Assembly: GCA_965243025.1 (NCBI GenBank)
Contig: CBDETY010000003.1
Coordinates: 4,800,001-4,864,000 of the forward strand
Origin: Candidatus Latescibacterota bacterium
Lineage (GTDB): Bacteria > Latescibacterota > UBA2968 > UBA8231
Direction: 5' to 3'
DNA: 64,000 bases
Positions 29,829 to 39,303 of the stretch are shown in pieces (position 1 is the first letter of the stretch; the number at the start of each line of letters is the position of its first letter). The notes beneath the pieces were generated by a model that saw only the letters and a program-made list of their open reading frames with translations, searched no databases and was not told where the DNA came from. A program made the position numbers and the translations under genes.

Positions 29829-30052
29829 GGCCGCGAGTCCTCCTGCTCTTCCTCCCCCTCGGATTCGGCCAGGTGCCGCGGCCAGGCGAAGTTGACCAGC
29901 AGCACGAGGAGGGCGGACGCGGCCACGCAGTAGCCGATGTGATAGAGGAACCCTGCGGGCAGGCCGAGCACCAGGGTGCCGTCGTCCCACAGCCACAGGT
30001 CGTTGTGCAGGGCGTAGAGGATCAGCAGCAGGATGTAGAGGCTCGGGCGCAT
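29825..30052 (-). CDS. DUF3311-like small membrane partner of the SSS transporter
   Basis: 75 aa, two TM helices, LHNDLWLW...LGLP; ATGA overlap with the symporter. Confidence 0.8.
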   Translation of the reverse strand: MRPSLYILLLILYALHNDLWLWDDGTLVLGLPAGFLYHIGYCVAASALLVLLVNFAWPRHLAESEGEEEQEDSRP

Positions 30053-30301
30053 GGGATTTCCCTAAAACTAAGAGAAAACCGGGAATGGCTTGTTCCAGCC
30101 GGCCGCGGCGACACGCCGAAGGCCGGCTTCAAGAGTAACCCTGCCGCAGGCGGCAGCCCCGATCAAGGGTTGCGGGGGCAATCGACGCCGCAGGCGAGGC
30201 TTTGCAGATTCTCCCCGGGATCGACGGCGCGGATGTCCGAACCGGGTCGTCAACTTCCGTGTGAGCAAGTTGCCACATCCTACCGAAAGAGCGAACAAAG
30301 T

Positions 30302-31018
30302 ATGAGCGTTACGCGAGCCGACATCTCCGGCAGCCTTGCGGCCATGGCCCTGAAACCCGGGAACCGGGTGATGGTCCACAGCTCCCTGTCGAGCATGGGC
30401 CACGTCGAGGGCGGAGCCGCAACAGTGGTACAGGCGTTCCTGGACGTTCTGGGGCCGGAAGGCACCCTGATGGTGCCGACCTTCACCCATAGCGACTGCG
30501 AGTACTTCGATCCGCTGAAGTCCCCCTCGCTCAACGGGGCCGTCACCGAAGCGGCCCGGCGGTTCCCCGGAGCGGTCCGGAGCCTCCACCCGACCCACGC
30601 GGTAACGGCCATCGGTCCGGATGCCGAAAGCCTGGTCGACGACGACCTGAACCGCGGCCCCCTCGGCAGGGACTGCGCCCTGGACCGCCTGATCAGAAAC
30701 GGGGGTTACGTCTTCCTCCTCGGGGTGGATCACACCTCGAACTCGGCGATCCACATCGGCGAGGACTACGCCGGGGCGGACCGCCACGGGATGTTCTCAC
30801 CGGAGAACCCGAAGGTCGTGGCCCTGAACCATCCCGAGCTTGGCGAAATGGAGATAACCCTGACGGAGATGATGGGCTCCACGGTCGCCTTCAAACGCAT
30901 GGAAGAGGTGTTGCGCGGACGCGGCCAGATCGTCGACGGAACGATCGGCAAGGCAAACTGCCAGCTGATGAAAGGAGCGGATATCCTGGGGGCGACTTCG
31001 GATATCCTGCTGCACTGA
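30302..31018 (+). CDS. AAC(3)/YokD family N-acetyltransferase
   Basis: VMVHSSLSSMG.V.GG, GTLMVPTFT, RSLHPTHA and LLGV...NSAIH..E motifs. Confidence 0.9.
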   Translation: MSVTRADISGSLAAMALKPGNRVMVHSSLSSMGHVEGGAATVVQAFLDVLGPEGTLMVPTFTHSDCEYFDPLKSPSLNGAVTEAARRFPGAVRSLHPTHAVTAIGPDAESLVDDDLNRGPLGRDCALDRLIRNGGYVFLLGVDHTSNSAIHIGEDYAGADRHGMFSPENPKVVALNHPELGEMEITLTEMMGSTVAFKRMEEVLRGRGQIVDGTIGKANCQLMKGADILGATSDILLH

Positions 31019-31060
31019 CGCTTCGAAAGAAGCCCTTTGGCGGTTGCCCGGGACGGGCCG

Positions 31061-32314
31061 TCAGGGCTGTGACAGGACCTTGTCCGCCGGCAGGTCGACC
31101 ATCTCCGACATCGGCCCGAACAGGTCGAGCACACCCTCCTTGTAGACGTCGCCGCTGAGGATGTCGACGATGCCCTGCTTGCACTCCGGGTAGCGTTTCA
31201 GGAACTCGGCGAAACTGAATTCCCTGGTGTAGAACGCGTAGACCAGCTTGCGCACCGCCTCCATTCCGGAAACGAACCGGGGCCCGAACCTGCCGAGCTG
31301 CCGCGCCGACAGGTCGCCCCGGTCCAGCCCCTCGCAGATGGCGTCGGCCGCCATCTCCCCGGATTTCAGGGCAAAGAAGAGCCCGGAGGAGTAGATCGGG
31401 TCGATGAAGCCGAAGGCGTCCCCGACCAGCACCCAGCCGTCTCCTGAGATGCGGTCGGCGCGGTAGGAAAAGTCCCTGGTGACCTTTACGGGGAACACTT
31501 GGCGGGCAGGACGCAGCCGTTCCCGCAGCGGCTCGCAGAGCGCCAGCTCGGCGTCGAAAACCCGCTGCGCCCCGCCGCCGGCGCGGTCCCGCATCAGGTA
31601 GTCGAGCGATCCGACCACTCCGACGCTGACGCGGTCATCCGGCAGCGGGATGTACCAGAACCAGGAGTCCTGGTTGCTGGTGTGCAGGATCAGGGTGGCC
31701 CCTTCGTCGATCCCGCCGTCGCGGACGCCCCCCTCGAAATGGGTGAAGATCGAGGCTTTCTTCAGTTCGGGCTCGTCGCTTTTGAGCTCGAGCCGGCGCG
31801 CGATCAGGGCGCTCTGGCCGGTGGCGTCGACGATGACGCGCCCGCGGATCTGCTTTCGGGTTCCGTCCGGCATTCCGGCGACGACGCCGGCGGCGCGCCG
31901 ACCCTCGAAGACCACCTCACGCACCGGCACCCCTTCCTCCACCACGGCCCCTTTTTCGCGCGCGTTCTCCAGCATCAGCCGGTCGAACTCGCTGCGCAGC
32001 ACCTGCCAGGTGACGGCGCTCTCGTGGTCGTTGCTCTCGAAGAAGTAGAAAGGGGCGGAGGAGCGGCCGGAGCGGCTGTAGAACTGGACGCTGTACTTCC
32101 GTGGGAAGGCGCTCTCCCTGAGCCTGTCGAGCATGCCGAGACGGGCGAAGGTCTGCCAGGTTCCCGGCATCAGCGACTCGCCGACCTGGAACTGCGAGGA
32201 GGCCTCGCGCTCGAGCAGGAGCACGCGGTGGCCCTTTTCCGCCACCAGGGCCGCAGCAGTGGTCCCGGCCGGCCCCCCTCCGATGACGACGACGTCGTAG
32301 ACCGGGTCAGCCAT
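31061..32314 (-). CDS. Flavin-dependent halogenase-like oxidoreductase
   Basis: GGGPAG, VGESL, FPRK (candidate catalytic Lys), WFWYIP (WxWxIP) and GDAFGFIDPIYSSG motifs. Confidence 0.8.
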   Translation of the reverse strand: MADPVYDVVVIGGGPAGTTAAALVAEKGHRVLLLEREASSQFQVGESLMPGTWQTFARLGMLDRLRESAFPRKYSVQFYSRSGRSSAPFYFFESNDHESAVTWQVLRSEFDRLMLENAREKGAVVEEGVPVREVVFEGRRAAGVVAGMPDGTRKQIRGRVIVDATGQSALIARRLELKSDEPELKKASIFTHFEGGVRDGGIDEGATLILHTSNQDSWFWYIPLPDDRVSVGVVGSLDYLMRDRAGGGAQRVFDAELALCEPLRERLRPARQVFPVKVTRDFSYRADRISGDGWVLVGDAFGFIDPIYSSGLFFALKSGEMAADAICEGLDRGDLSARQLGRFGPRFVSGMEAVRKLVYAFYTREFSFAEFLKRYPECKQGIVDILSGDVYKEGVLDLFGPMSEMVDLPADKVLSQP

Positions 32315-33617
32315 CGGTCGCGCGGTGATCGGTGACGCGCCGCGCCTTGAGCTCGAAGCGCGGCAGGGTGCCGGCGGGAACCGCGGCGACCGCCGCCCGC
32401 AGGCCGAGGCCGGTGTGCAGGGCCTGCGTCAGCTCCGATTCGAGGCGGTCAGGGTCCGCGGCGTCCAGCTCCACCCGGACCTCGAGCTCGTCGAGGGCGC
32501 CCCGGCGGCGCACGTCGACGGCGAACTCCGCCACCTGCGGAAAGCGGCGCACGACGTTCTCGACGGCGCTGGGATAGACGTTGGTGCCGCGAATCAGCAG
32601 GGCGTCGTCGAGGCGGCCGATCACCCCCCCCTGAAGCCGCCTGCCCGGCCGCCCGCACCGGCAGGGGCCGTCCCCGGCGAGGCGCACCAGGTCCCCGGTG
32701 CGGTAGCGGATCACCGGCATCCCGGCGCGGCCGAGGTTGGTGACGACCAGCTCCCCTTCGGTGGCCGGCTCGCTGCCGCCGGGGGTCAGCACCTCGAAGA
32801 TGAACTCCTCCTCGTTGAGGTGCATCCCGCTCCGTTCGCCGCACTCGAAGCCCCAGGCGCCTACCTCGGTGGCCCCGGCGTGGTCGAAACAGCGCGCGCC
32901 CCAGGCCGCCTCGATGCGGGCGCGGGTTGCCGGCAGTCCGGCCCCCGGTTCCCCGGCGTGGATGGTGGTCGCCACGCTGCCCGAGGGCAGGTCGACCCCG
33001 AGATCCCCCGCCACCTCGGCCAGGTGCAGGGCGTAGGTCGGAGTGCATACCAGCACCGTCGCCTCGTTGGCGGCGATCGCCCGGACCCGCTGCTGGGAGC
33101 TCATGCCGCCCCCGGGAATGATCAGCGCCCCGAGGCGGCGCGCCCCTTCGCAGGCGCTCCAGAAGCCGATGAAGGGACCGAACGAGAAGGCGAAGAAGAT
33201 GCGGTCGCCGGGCCCCACCCCGGCGCCGGCGTACACCTCCCCCCAGCAGCGTCCCCACCAGTCCCAGCTCTCTGCGGTATCGAGCCAGCGCAGGCGCTCG
33301 CCGGTGGTGCCCGAGGTCAGGTGCAGGCGGGTGTACCGGTCGCGGCCGAAGGTGAGGTTGGTGCCGTACGGCGGGTGGCCGGCCTGATCGAGGGAGAGCT
33401 CCTCCTTGGTCGTGAAGGGAAGCCTCGCGTAGTCGGAGGCGGTGCTCACTTCGGCGGCGTCGCTGAGGCCCGCGGCGCCCAGCTTGCCCCGGTAGAACAG
33501 GTTCCCTTCCAGGACCGTTGCGAGCACTTCCCGCAGCCTGGCCAGCTGGCCGGCGCCGATTGCGCATTCTGCCGCCGGTGCCGGCGGGGCGGGTGCCGCT
33601 CTCACTGGATGGCCCAC
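32307..33617 (-). CDS. Phenylacetate-CoA ligase (PaaK)-like aryl-CoA ligase
   Basis: LPFTTKEEL, TSGTTG, CTPTYAL, AGEPG, IRYRTGD, GRLDD..IRGTNVYPS motifs. Confidence 0.9.
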   Translation of the reverse strand: MGHPVRAAPAPPAPAAECAIGAGQLARLREVLATVLEGNLFYRGKLGAAGLSDAAEVSTASDYARLPFTTKEELSLDQAGHPPYGTNLTFGRDRYTRLHLTSGTTGERLRWLDTAESWDWWGRCWGEVYAGAGVGPGDRIFFAFSFGPFIGFWSACEGARRLGALIIPGGGMSSQQRVRAIAANEATVLVCTPTYALHLAEVAGDLGVDLPSGSVATTIHAGEPGAGLPATRARIEAAWGARCFDHAGATEVGAWGFECGERSGMHLNEEEFIFEVLTPGGSEPATEGELVVTNLGRAGMPVIRYRTGDLVRLAGDGPCRCGRPGRRLQGGVIGRLDDALLIRGTNVYPSAVENVVRRFPQVAEFAVDVRRRGALDELEVRVELDAADPDRLESELTQALHTGLGLRAAVAAVPAGTLPRFELKARRVTDHRATDG

Positions 33618-35698
33618 TCCAGGCTCGAATGGAAGGATGCCGGATCCCCAGGAATGACGGCGGTGCCGCCGAAACCGCGGGTCTCGTACTCGTCACCGGT
33701 CAGATTTCGTACGTGCAGGCGGATGCGGGCGCCCCCGACACGATACCCCAGGGCGGCGTCGACGGTGAATGCGGGGTCGATCCGGTAGCCGTTGTCGGGG
33801 GCGATGTACTGGCCGCTGACGTAGCGCGCCCCGAGGGCGGCCTCGAGGCCGAGTACTGTGCGAACAGAACTCCAGAGGTTGAGGATATGAGCCGGGGCGA
33901 AAGCGGGAACGTTGCCGGCCCGGTCGGCGAATTCGTACTCGCCGGTGAGTGTCGGCACGAACTCGGTGAACGCCGTCAGCTCGGGGTCGGCAAAGGCGTA
34001 GGCTGCGAGGAAATACCAGCGCCGGGACGGCTGTCCCGCGATTTCGAACTCCAGCCCCCGGGAGCGCTGGGCCCCGTTCTCCTTGACGATCCCGGTCCCG
34101 TCGGGAATGGCGATGTTCTCCTTCTCGAGCAGGTAGGCGGCGGCCGAAGCGCGCACCCTGCCCTGCAGCCACTGGCGGCGGACGCCCGTTTCGAGCTGTC
34201 TGCTCTCCTCGGCCTCGCGCTCGCCGGTTACCTGGGTGGAAGGAGGAGCGAAGGCCCTGCCGGCGCTGGCGTACAGCCGCAGGTCGTCCGTCGCCGACCA
34301 CGTTGCGCCGAGGAAGGGACTGAGCTTGCCGTAACTGCGCTCGCTCTCCGAGATCTCCTCATCGTAGAGGATGCGGTCGAAGCGGAGACCGGCAATCGAT
34401 TCGAGATTCCCGGTGATTGGCGACTGGGCGGCGACGTACGGGGCGAGGACGGTGGACCGGGCTTCGGCGGTCTGCGACTGGACCGGGAAGCCGCTCCCCC
34501 CCGGTTCGACCGGATCGTGGAGATCGATCATTGGCAGCAGCACCGCATCGAGAGTGAAGTCGTCCGTCAGCAGCGCGACCTCCAGGCCGGCAAGCAACCG
34601 GTGCCTGCCCGCGGCCATGACCGCCTCGAGCTGGTTGCCGGTGAAGCGCTGGCGGTCGTCGAGCGACAGCCGGGTGCGCATCACGCCGAGGGAGCCGTCC
34701 TCGCCCGGCAGGACGCCGTTGAGCAGGGTGCCGGCCGACGGCCACTCGAAGTTGGTGAAGTAGAGCTTGTCCCGCAGGGTCAGGCGGTCCGACAGCTTCA
34801 TCTCGCCGTCGAGCCTGAGACGCAGGATCGCCTGCTCGGAGAAGTCGCCGGGTGCCTGGTACGAGCGCGTCCGCGGCACCGGCGCAAGGGCATCTCCCAG
34901 AAGCGGCAGCCCGGAGTCCGGACTGTAGTCGTTGGCGATGTACTCGGCGCTCGCCTCGATGAAGGCGACGTCGCCGAAGCGGACCGCCAAAGCCGGGTTG
35001 ACCGCCCATTCGGAGTATTCCTTGTCGTCGCGGTAGTTGTCCGAGCCGCGCGTCATGGCGTTCAGCCGCAGCGCCACCCGCTCTCCCCGCCTCCAGCCGG
35101 CGTCCGCTGTCGCCCGGTAGCTGCCGTAGCTGCCATAGCTGCCCCCGAGAACCGCGAACGGGCGGCCGGCGAATACCGGTTTCCTGCGGACGACGTTCAC
35201 GGCGCCTGACATCGGCTTGCCGCCGTACAGGAAAGCCCCCGGGCCTTTGAGAACCTCGATGCGGGCGACGTTGTACATCGGGTAGAAGCTGACCTCGGGC
35301 TCGCCGGCGCCGTCGTAGAGGACCATGCCGCTCGACAGCGAGTCGAAGCCGCGCACGACGAAGTAGTCGGAGACTCCAAAGCCGGTCTGCACGTTGACGC
35401 CGCTGACGTTGGCCAGCGCGTCGCCGAGGATCCCGCCGTGCTGGGCCTGGACCAGAGCAGCCGGAACCACCGCGACGGAAGCCGGGGTGTCGCGCAGCGC
35501 CAGAGGCCACCTCGTCACCATCCCGCTCCGCTCCGGAAGGGTGAAGCGCGACCCGGTTACGACCACCTCGCCGGCGGTGTAAGCCGGCGGGTCCGCGGCG
35601 CTTTCGGTTTCGTCGGCGGGGGCCGCCGCCGCGGGGGCAAGCGCGGCCAGGAGCAGGAGCCGGCGCCCCAGGCCCCGGCCTTCAGGTGTAGCGCGCAT
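33602..35698 (-). CDS. TonB-dependent outer-membrane receptor
   Basis: Signal peptide, EVVVTG TonB box, plug motifs (DTPASV, VRGF, RIEVLKGP...LYG...GAVN), C-terminal RNLTGDEY. Confidence 0.92.
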   Translation of the reverse strand: MRATPEGRGLGRRLLLLAALAPAAAAPADETESAADPPAYTAGEVVVTGSRFTLPERSGMVTRWPLALRDTPASVAVVPAALVQAQHGGILGDALANVSGVNVQTGFGVSDYFVVRGFDSLSSGMVLYDGAGEPEVSFYPMYNVARIEVLKGPGAFLYGGKPMSGAVNVVRRKPVFAGRPFAVLGGSYGSYGSYRATADAGWRRGERVALRLNAMTRGSDNYRDDKEYSEWAVNPALAVRFGDVAFIEASAEYIANDYSPDSGLPLLGDALAPVPRTRSYQAPGDFSEQAILRLRLDGEMKLSDRLTLRDKLYFTNFEWPSAGTLLNGVLPGEDGSLGVMRTRLSLDDRQRFTGNQLEAVMAAGRHRLLAGLEVALLTDDFTLDAVLLPMIDLHDPVEPGGSGFPVQSQTAEARSTVLAPYVAAQSPITGNLESIAGLRFDRILYDEEISESERSYGKLSPFLGATWSATDDLRLYASAGRAFAPPSTQVTGEREAEESRQLETGVRRQWLQGRVRASAAAYLLEKENIAIPDGTGIVKENGAQRSRGLEFEIAGQPSRRWYFLAAYAFADPELTAFTEFVPTLTGEYEFADRAGNVPAFAPAHILNLWSSVRTVLGLEAALGARYVSGQYIAPDNGYRIDPAFTVDAALGYRVGGARIRLHVRNLTGDEYETRGFGGTAVIPGDPASFHSSLEWAIQ

Positions 35699-37031
35699 TG
35701 CGGTACCTCGGGTCGTAGAACGCCGGCAGCAGCTGGTCGACGCGCAGCAGGCCGGTGGGGGTGAGGGCGACGGTCGCGTCGTCCCAGGTCAGCATCCCCT
35801 CGTCGCGCAGGACCTCGAGGGGAGCGGCGAAGCGGTCGAGTATGTCGACTCCGTGCTTGTCGGCGAAGTATCCGGTGCTGACCTGTCCCAGCTTCAACTG
35901 CAGGATCAGCTCCCGGGTCAGCCGCTCGCCGGCGTTGGTCGCGAAGGCCCGCGCCAGCGGCAGCCGGTCGTCGGCCAGGTCGCCGAGGTACTGCTCCCAG
36001 GAGGAGGCGTTCTGGTAATGGACGCCCCCCATGTGGGAGAAGGAGGCGACCCCGGCGCCGATCATGTCGCTGCCGCGCCAGAGCGCGTCGCGGTAGACGA
36101 ACGACTGCTCCGTCCCCTTCCTGACGACGGTGTAGGCGCTCGCGCGCTCGTACCCTGCCCGCTCGAAACGGTCGAAGGCGAAGGCGTGCCACTCCCGCTT
36201 GGTCCGCCAGTCGGCGAGGACCATCTCCTCGCGTCCTCCCCCGGCGATCGACTGCGAGTACACGGTGTTGAACGGCAGCTCCATCTGGTAGACGGTGATG
36301 CTGTCGGCCCCGAGGTCGACGGTGCGCTCGACGGTCTCCCTCCAGGACTCCCAGGTCTCGCCGACCATGCCGGCGATCAGGTCGACGTTGATTTGGGCGA
36401 ACCCCTGCGCCGCGATCCAGGGCTGCACGCGGAACACCTCCCGGGTGGTGTGGGCGCGGCCGTTCTCGCGCAGGATGTCGTCGTTCATGTTCTCGACGCC
36501 GAGGCTGAGGCGGGTCACCCCGATCTGCCGGATCGCCCGCAGCTTGGCCTCTGTCAGCGTTCCCGGCTCGCACTCGAAGGCGATCTCGGTTGCCGCGTCC
36601 CAGGGCAGCGCCGCCTTCAGCCGCGCCGCCAGCGCCTCGAGGTGGCGGGCGCTTATGTAGGAAGGGGTGCCACCGCCGAAATAGACGAACCTCAGCTCGC
36701 GGCCGGCGACCCGGGGGGAGCCGGCGTACAGCTCCACCTCGCGCGCCATCGAGTCGAGATACTGCCGGATCTGCGCGGCGTTCTTGTCGACGTAGACGCG
36801 GAAGTAGCAGAACTTGCAGCGCTTGCGGCAGAACGGCACGTGCAAATAGAGGCCGAGGTCGGGAACCTCCGGCGCGGGCCGGGTATCGAGAAGGGCGCGC
36901 GCCGCGGCGACGTCGCTCTCGTTCCAGAACGAGTACGGCGGGTAGTTGGAGACGAAGACGCTGCCTACCTCGGTGTCGGTCAGCAGGTCGTCGAGGCGGG
37001 TGGTCGCCGGTTCCGGGAGGTGGGTGGTCAT
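35682..37031 (-). CDS. HemN-like (class C-type) radical SAM enzyme
   Basis: LYLHVPFCRKRCKFC (CxxxCxxC), YFGGGTPS, ECEPG, RLSLGVE and NVDLIAG motifs. Start at the ATG at 37031 with an ATGA overlap. Confidence 0.9.
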   Translation of the reverse strand: MTTHLPEPATTRLDDLLTDTEVGSVFVSNYPPYSFWNESDVAAARALLDTRPAPEVPDLGLYLHVPFCRKRCKFCYFRVYVDKNAAQIRQYLDSMAREVELYAGSPRVAGRELRFVYFGGGTPSYISARHLEALAARLKAALPWDAATEIAFECEPGTLTEAKLRAIRQIGVTRLSLGVENMNDDILRENGRAHTTREVFRVQPWIAAQGFAQINVDLIAGMVGETWESWRETVERTVDLGADSITVYQMELPFNTVYSQSIAGGGREEMVLADWRTKREWHAFAFDRFERAGYERASAYTVVRKGTEQSFVYRDALWRGSDMIGAGVASFSHMGGVHYQNASSWEQYLGDLADDRLPLARAFATNAGERLTRELILQLKLGQVSTGYFADKHGVDILDRFAAPLEVLRDEGMLTWDDATVALTPTGLLRVDQLLPAFYDPRYRNARYT

Positions 37032-38167
37032 CCTGGGTTTCCGAAGCAGTAGAGCATGCCGTCTTCCGAGCCGATCACCAGTCTGCCCGCGGCCACCGCG
37101 GGAGAGGCGGTGAACGATTCCCCGGTCTCGAACCGCCAGCTCTCGCCGCCGCCGGCGAGGTCGAGGGCGGCCAGCCTGCCGGCGGTGGTGGCGACGAAGA
37201 CGCGCTCGCCGGCGATGACGGGAGAGGAATCGACGCGGGCCCCCGCCGCGTAAGTCCAGCGCACGGTTCCGTCGGCCGCGTCGAGGGCGTGCACCTGCTT
37301 GTCGCGGCCCCCGACGACTACGGTCTCCCCGCTCACCGCCGCCGAGGAGTAGAAGGGGAACTGGCGTTCCGGCGCGTAGCGCCAGGCGAACCGGGCTTCT
37401 TCCAGGTCGACGGCGACCACCTCGTTGTCGAAGGTGCCGGCGACGGCGGTCCCGCCCTCCAGGACCGCGGCGCTTGCAGCAATGTACTGGCCTGCGTGAA
37501 GGCTCGCAGTCTCGACCCCGGAGCGGAGGCCGATGAGTCGCAGCTGTCCGTCGCAGCCGCCGGCGACGGCGAGGGTGCCGGCCACTGCCGGCGAGGCGTG
37601 CACGTAACCCCCGGTCTCGAACTTCCACAGCAGCTCGCCGTCGTCGAGCCCCAGGCAGTACAGGCGGTGGTCGTAGCTGCCGAAAAGGACGCGGCCTTCC
37701 GACAGGTTCGGGGAAGAGGTGACCGCCCCTTCCGCCGCGAAGGTCCAGAGGGCGGCGCCGCTGGTCCGGTCGACGGCGTGGAAGGTTCCGGACTCGTCGC
37801 CGAAGAGCACGGCGTTCCCGTGGACCGCGGGTGAGGATTTCACCTCGCCTGCGGCCTTGTAGGCCCACTCGATGCGGCCGTCGGCGAGGGCGGCGGCGAG
37901 CAGTCGGCCGCCGAGGGTGCCGACGTAAACGGTGCCGCCGCTGATCGCCGCGGTCGACTCGATCCCCCCGCTCCCTCCCCGGGCGGCGCTGTCTCCGTAC
38001 GCCGCGGTATCCAGGGCCCACAGCAGCTCCAGGTCGCCGTCGACGGGGGAAGCGGCGACGCCGGTCAGGCCGGGGCCGCCGCGGAAACTCGGCCAATCGG
38101 ACGAAGCGGCCGCAACCGCGGCGCACGCAGCCAGGACCTGGACCGCCAGGCGCTGAGGAGCCCGCAT
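37028..38167 (-). CDS. Exported PQQ-like beta-propeller repeat protein
   Basis: Signal peptide, WPSFRG, repeated SSP...G..L.A.D...G...W blades. Confidence 0.88.
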   Translation of the reverse strand: MRAPQRLAVQVLAACAAVAAASSDWPSFRGGPGLTGVAASPVDGDLELLWALDTAAYGDSAARGGSGGIESTAAISGGTVYVGTLGGRLLAAALADGRIEWAYKAAGEVKSSPAVHGNAVLFGDESGTFHAVDRTSGAALWTFAAEGAVTSSPNLSEGRVLFGSYDHRLYCLGLDDGELLWKFETGGYVHASPAVAGTLAVAGGCDGQLRLIGLRSGVETASLHAGQYIAASAAVLEGGTAVAGTFDNEVVAVDLEEARFAWRYAPERQFPFYSSAAVSGETVVVGGRDKQVHALDAADGTVRWTYAAGARVDSSPVIAGERVFVATTAGRLAALDLAGGGESWRFETGESFTASPAVAAGRLVIGSEDGMLYCFGNPG

Positions 38168-39303
38168 CAGAAGGCCGCCTCGTACAGGCCCGCGAGCTCC
38201 CGCTCCCCCGCGGGCCGGGGGTTGAAGCCCGCCGTTCTCTGGGACGCGGCCTGGCGCGCGAGATCCGGCAGGGCTGCCGCCTCGACGTCGAGATCGCGCA
38301 GTCGTTCGGGCAGGTCGGCCGCGGCGTTCCAGCCGCGCACGCACTCGGCCAGGGCATCCGCCCCCGCTTTCTCCAGGCCGGCGGCCATGGCCAGCTCGGC
38401 GTAGCGTCCGTCGACCGCGGCGCCGTTGAAGCGGATCACGTGCGGCAGCATCACCCCGACCGCCACTCCGTGGGTGATCCCGTAGCGTGCGGTCAGCGGG
38501 TTGGCGCAGGCGTGGGCGGCCCCCAGCATCGAGTTCTCGATGGCGGCGCCGGCCCAGTGGGCCCCGAGCAGCATGCCGGCGCGCGCCTCGACGGAGCCGC
38601 CGCGCAGGCTTTCGCGCAGGTTGGCCGCCAGCAGCTGCAGCGCGCGGGCGGCGAACATCCGCGAGACCTCGTTGCCGTTGGCGCTGACGAAGCTCTCCAC
38701 GGCGTGCGAAACCGCGTCGACCGCCGCGGCGGCGGCCACCTCCCGCGGCGCCGTCGCGGTCAGCTCGGGATCGAGCAGGGCGGCGCGGAAGCGGGCGCTG
38801 CGGTCGCCGCAGGCCATCTTCATGCCGCTTTCCCCTGCCCCGATCAGGGCGAAGCGCTGCGCCTCGCTGCCGGTCCCCGCGGTGGTGGGGACGCCGATGG
38901 CGGGAAGCAGCGGCTTCTTCGCCTTGCCGTCGCCGCGGTAATCCTCGATGCGGCCGCCGTTGGTCAGCAGGAAGTTGATCCCCTTGGCGCAGTCCATGGC
39001 GCTGCCGCCCCCGAGGGCGACAACGAAGTCCGGAGGCCGCGGCAGCTCCCCGGCGAAGCGGCTTCCGGCCTCGACGTTGCGGCTGCGGGGGTTCTTCTCT
39101 ACCCCGTCGAAGACGGCGTGCTCCAGTCCGGCGGCGGCGAGGGATTCGACGGCCCTGGCGAGGATGCCGGCGGCGGCGATCCCCGGGTCGGTGACCACCA
39201 GAACCCGGCCGGCCCCCAGCTCGGCGGCCAGGCCGCCGAGCCGGACCAGGGCGCCGGCGCCGAACACCAGGCGCGTGCCGCTCTCGTACTCGAACCCCCG
39301 CAT
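38167..39303 (-). CDS. Iron-containing alcohol dehydrogenase
   Basis: LVVTDPG, GGGSAMD, PTTAGTGSE, D..SH, GAAHA and HG metal ligands. Confidence 0.93.
   Translation of the reverse strand: MRGFEYESGTRLVFGAGALVRLGGLAAELGAGRVLVVTDPGIAAAGILARAVESLAAAGLEHAVFDGVEKNPRSRNVEAGSRFAGELPRPPDFVVALGGGSAMDCAKGINFLLTNGGRIEDYRGDGKAKKPLLPAIGVPTTAGTGSEAQRFALIGAGESGMKMACGDRSARFRAALLDPELTATAPREVAAAAAVDAVSHAVESFVSANGNEVSRMFAARALQLLAANLRESLRGGSVEARAGMLLGAHWAGAAIENSMLGAAHACANPLTARYGITHGVAVGVMLPHVIRFNGAAVDGRYAELAMAAGLEKAGADALAECVRGWNAAADLPERLRDLDVEAAALPDLARQAASQRTAGFNPRPAGERELAGLYEAAF

Noticed and set aside
30302-31018. Bona fide aminoglycoside resistance gene aac(3)
   Set aside because: Family motifs alone do not establish the substrate. 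Chromosomal YokD-like homologues are widespread, and there is no mobile context.
35682-37031. Housekeeping hemN for heme synthesis, or a heme-uptake locus with the TBDR
   Set aside because: No hem, hut or chu genes are nearby and the gene is embedded in a tailoring operon. The symbol is withheld, although this is not formally excluded.
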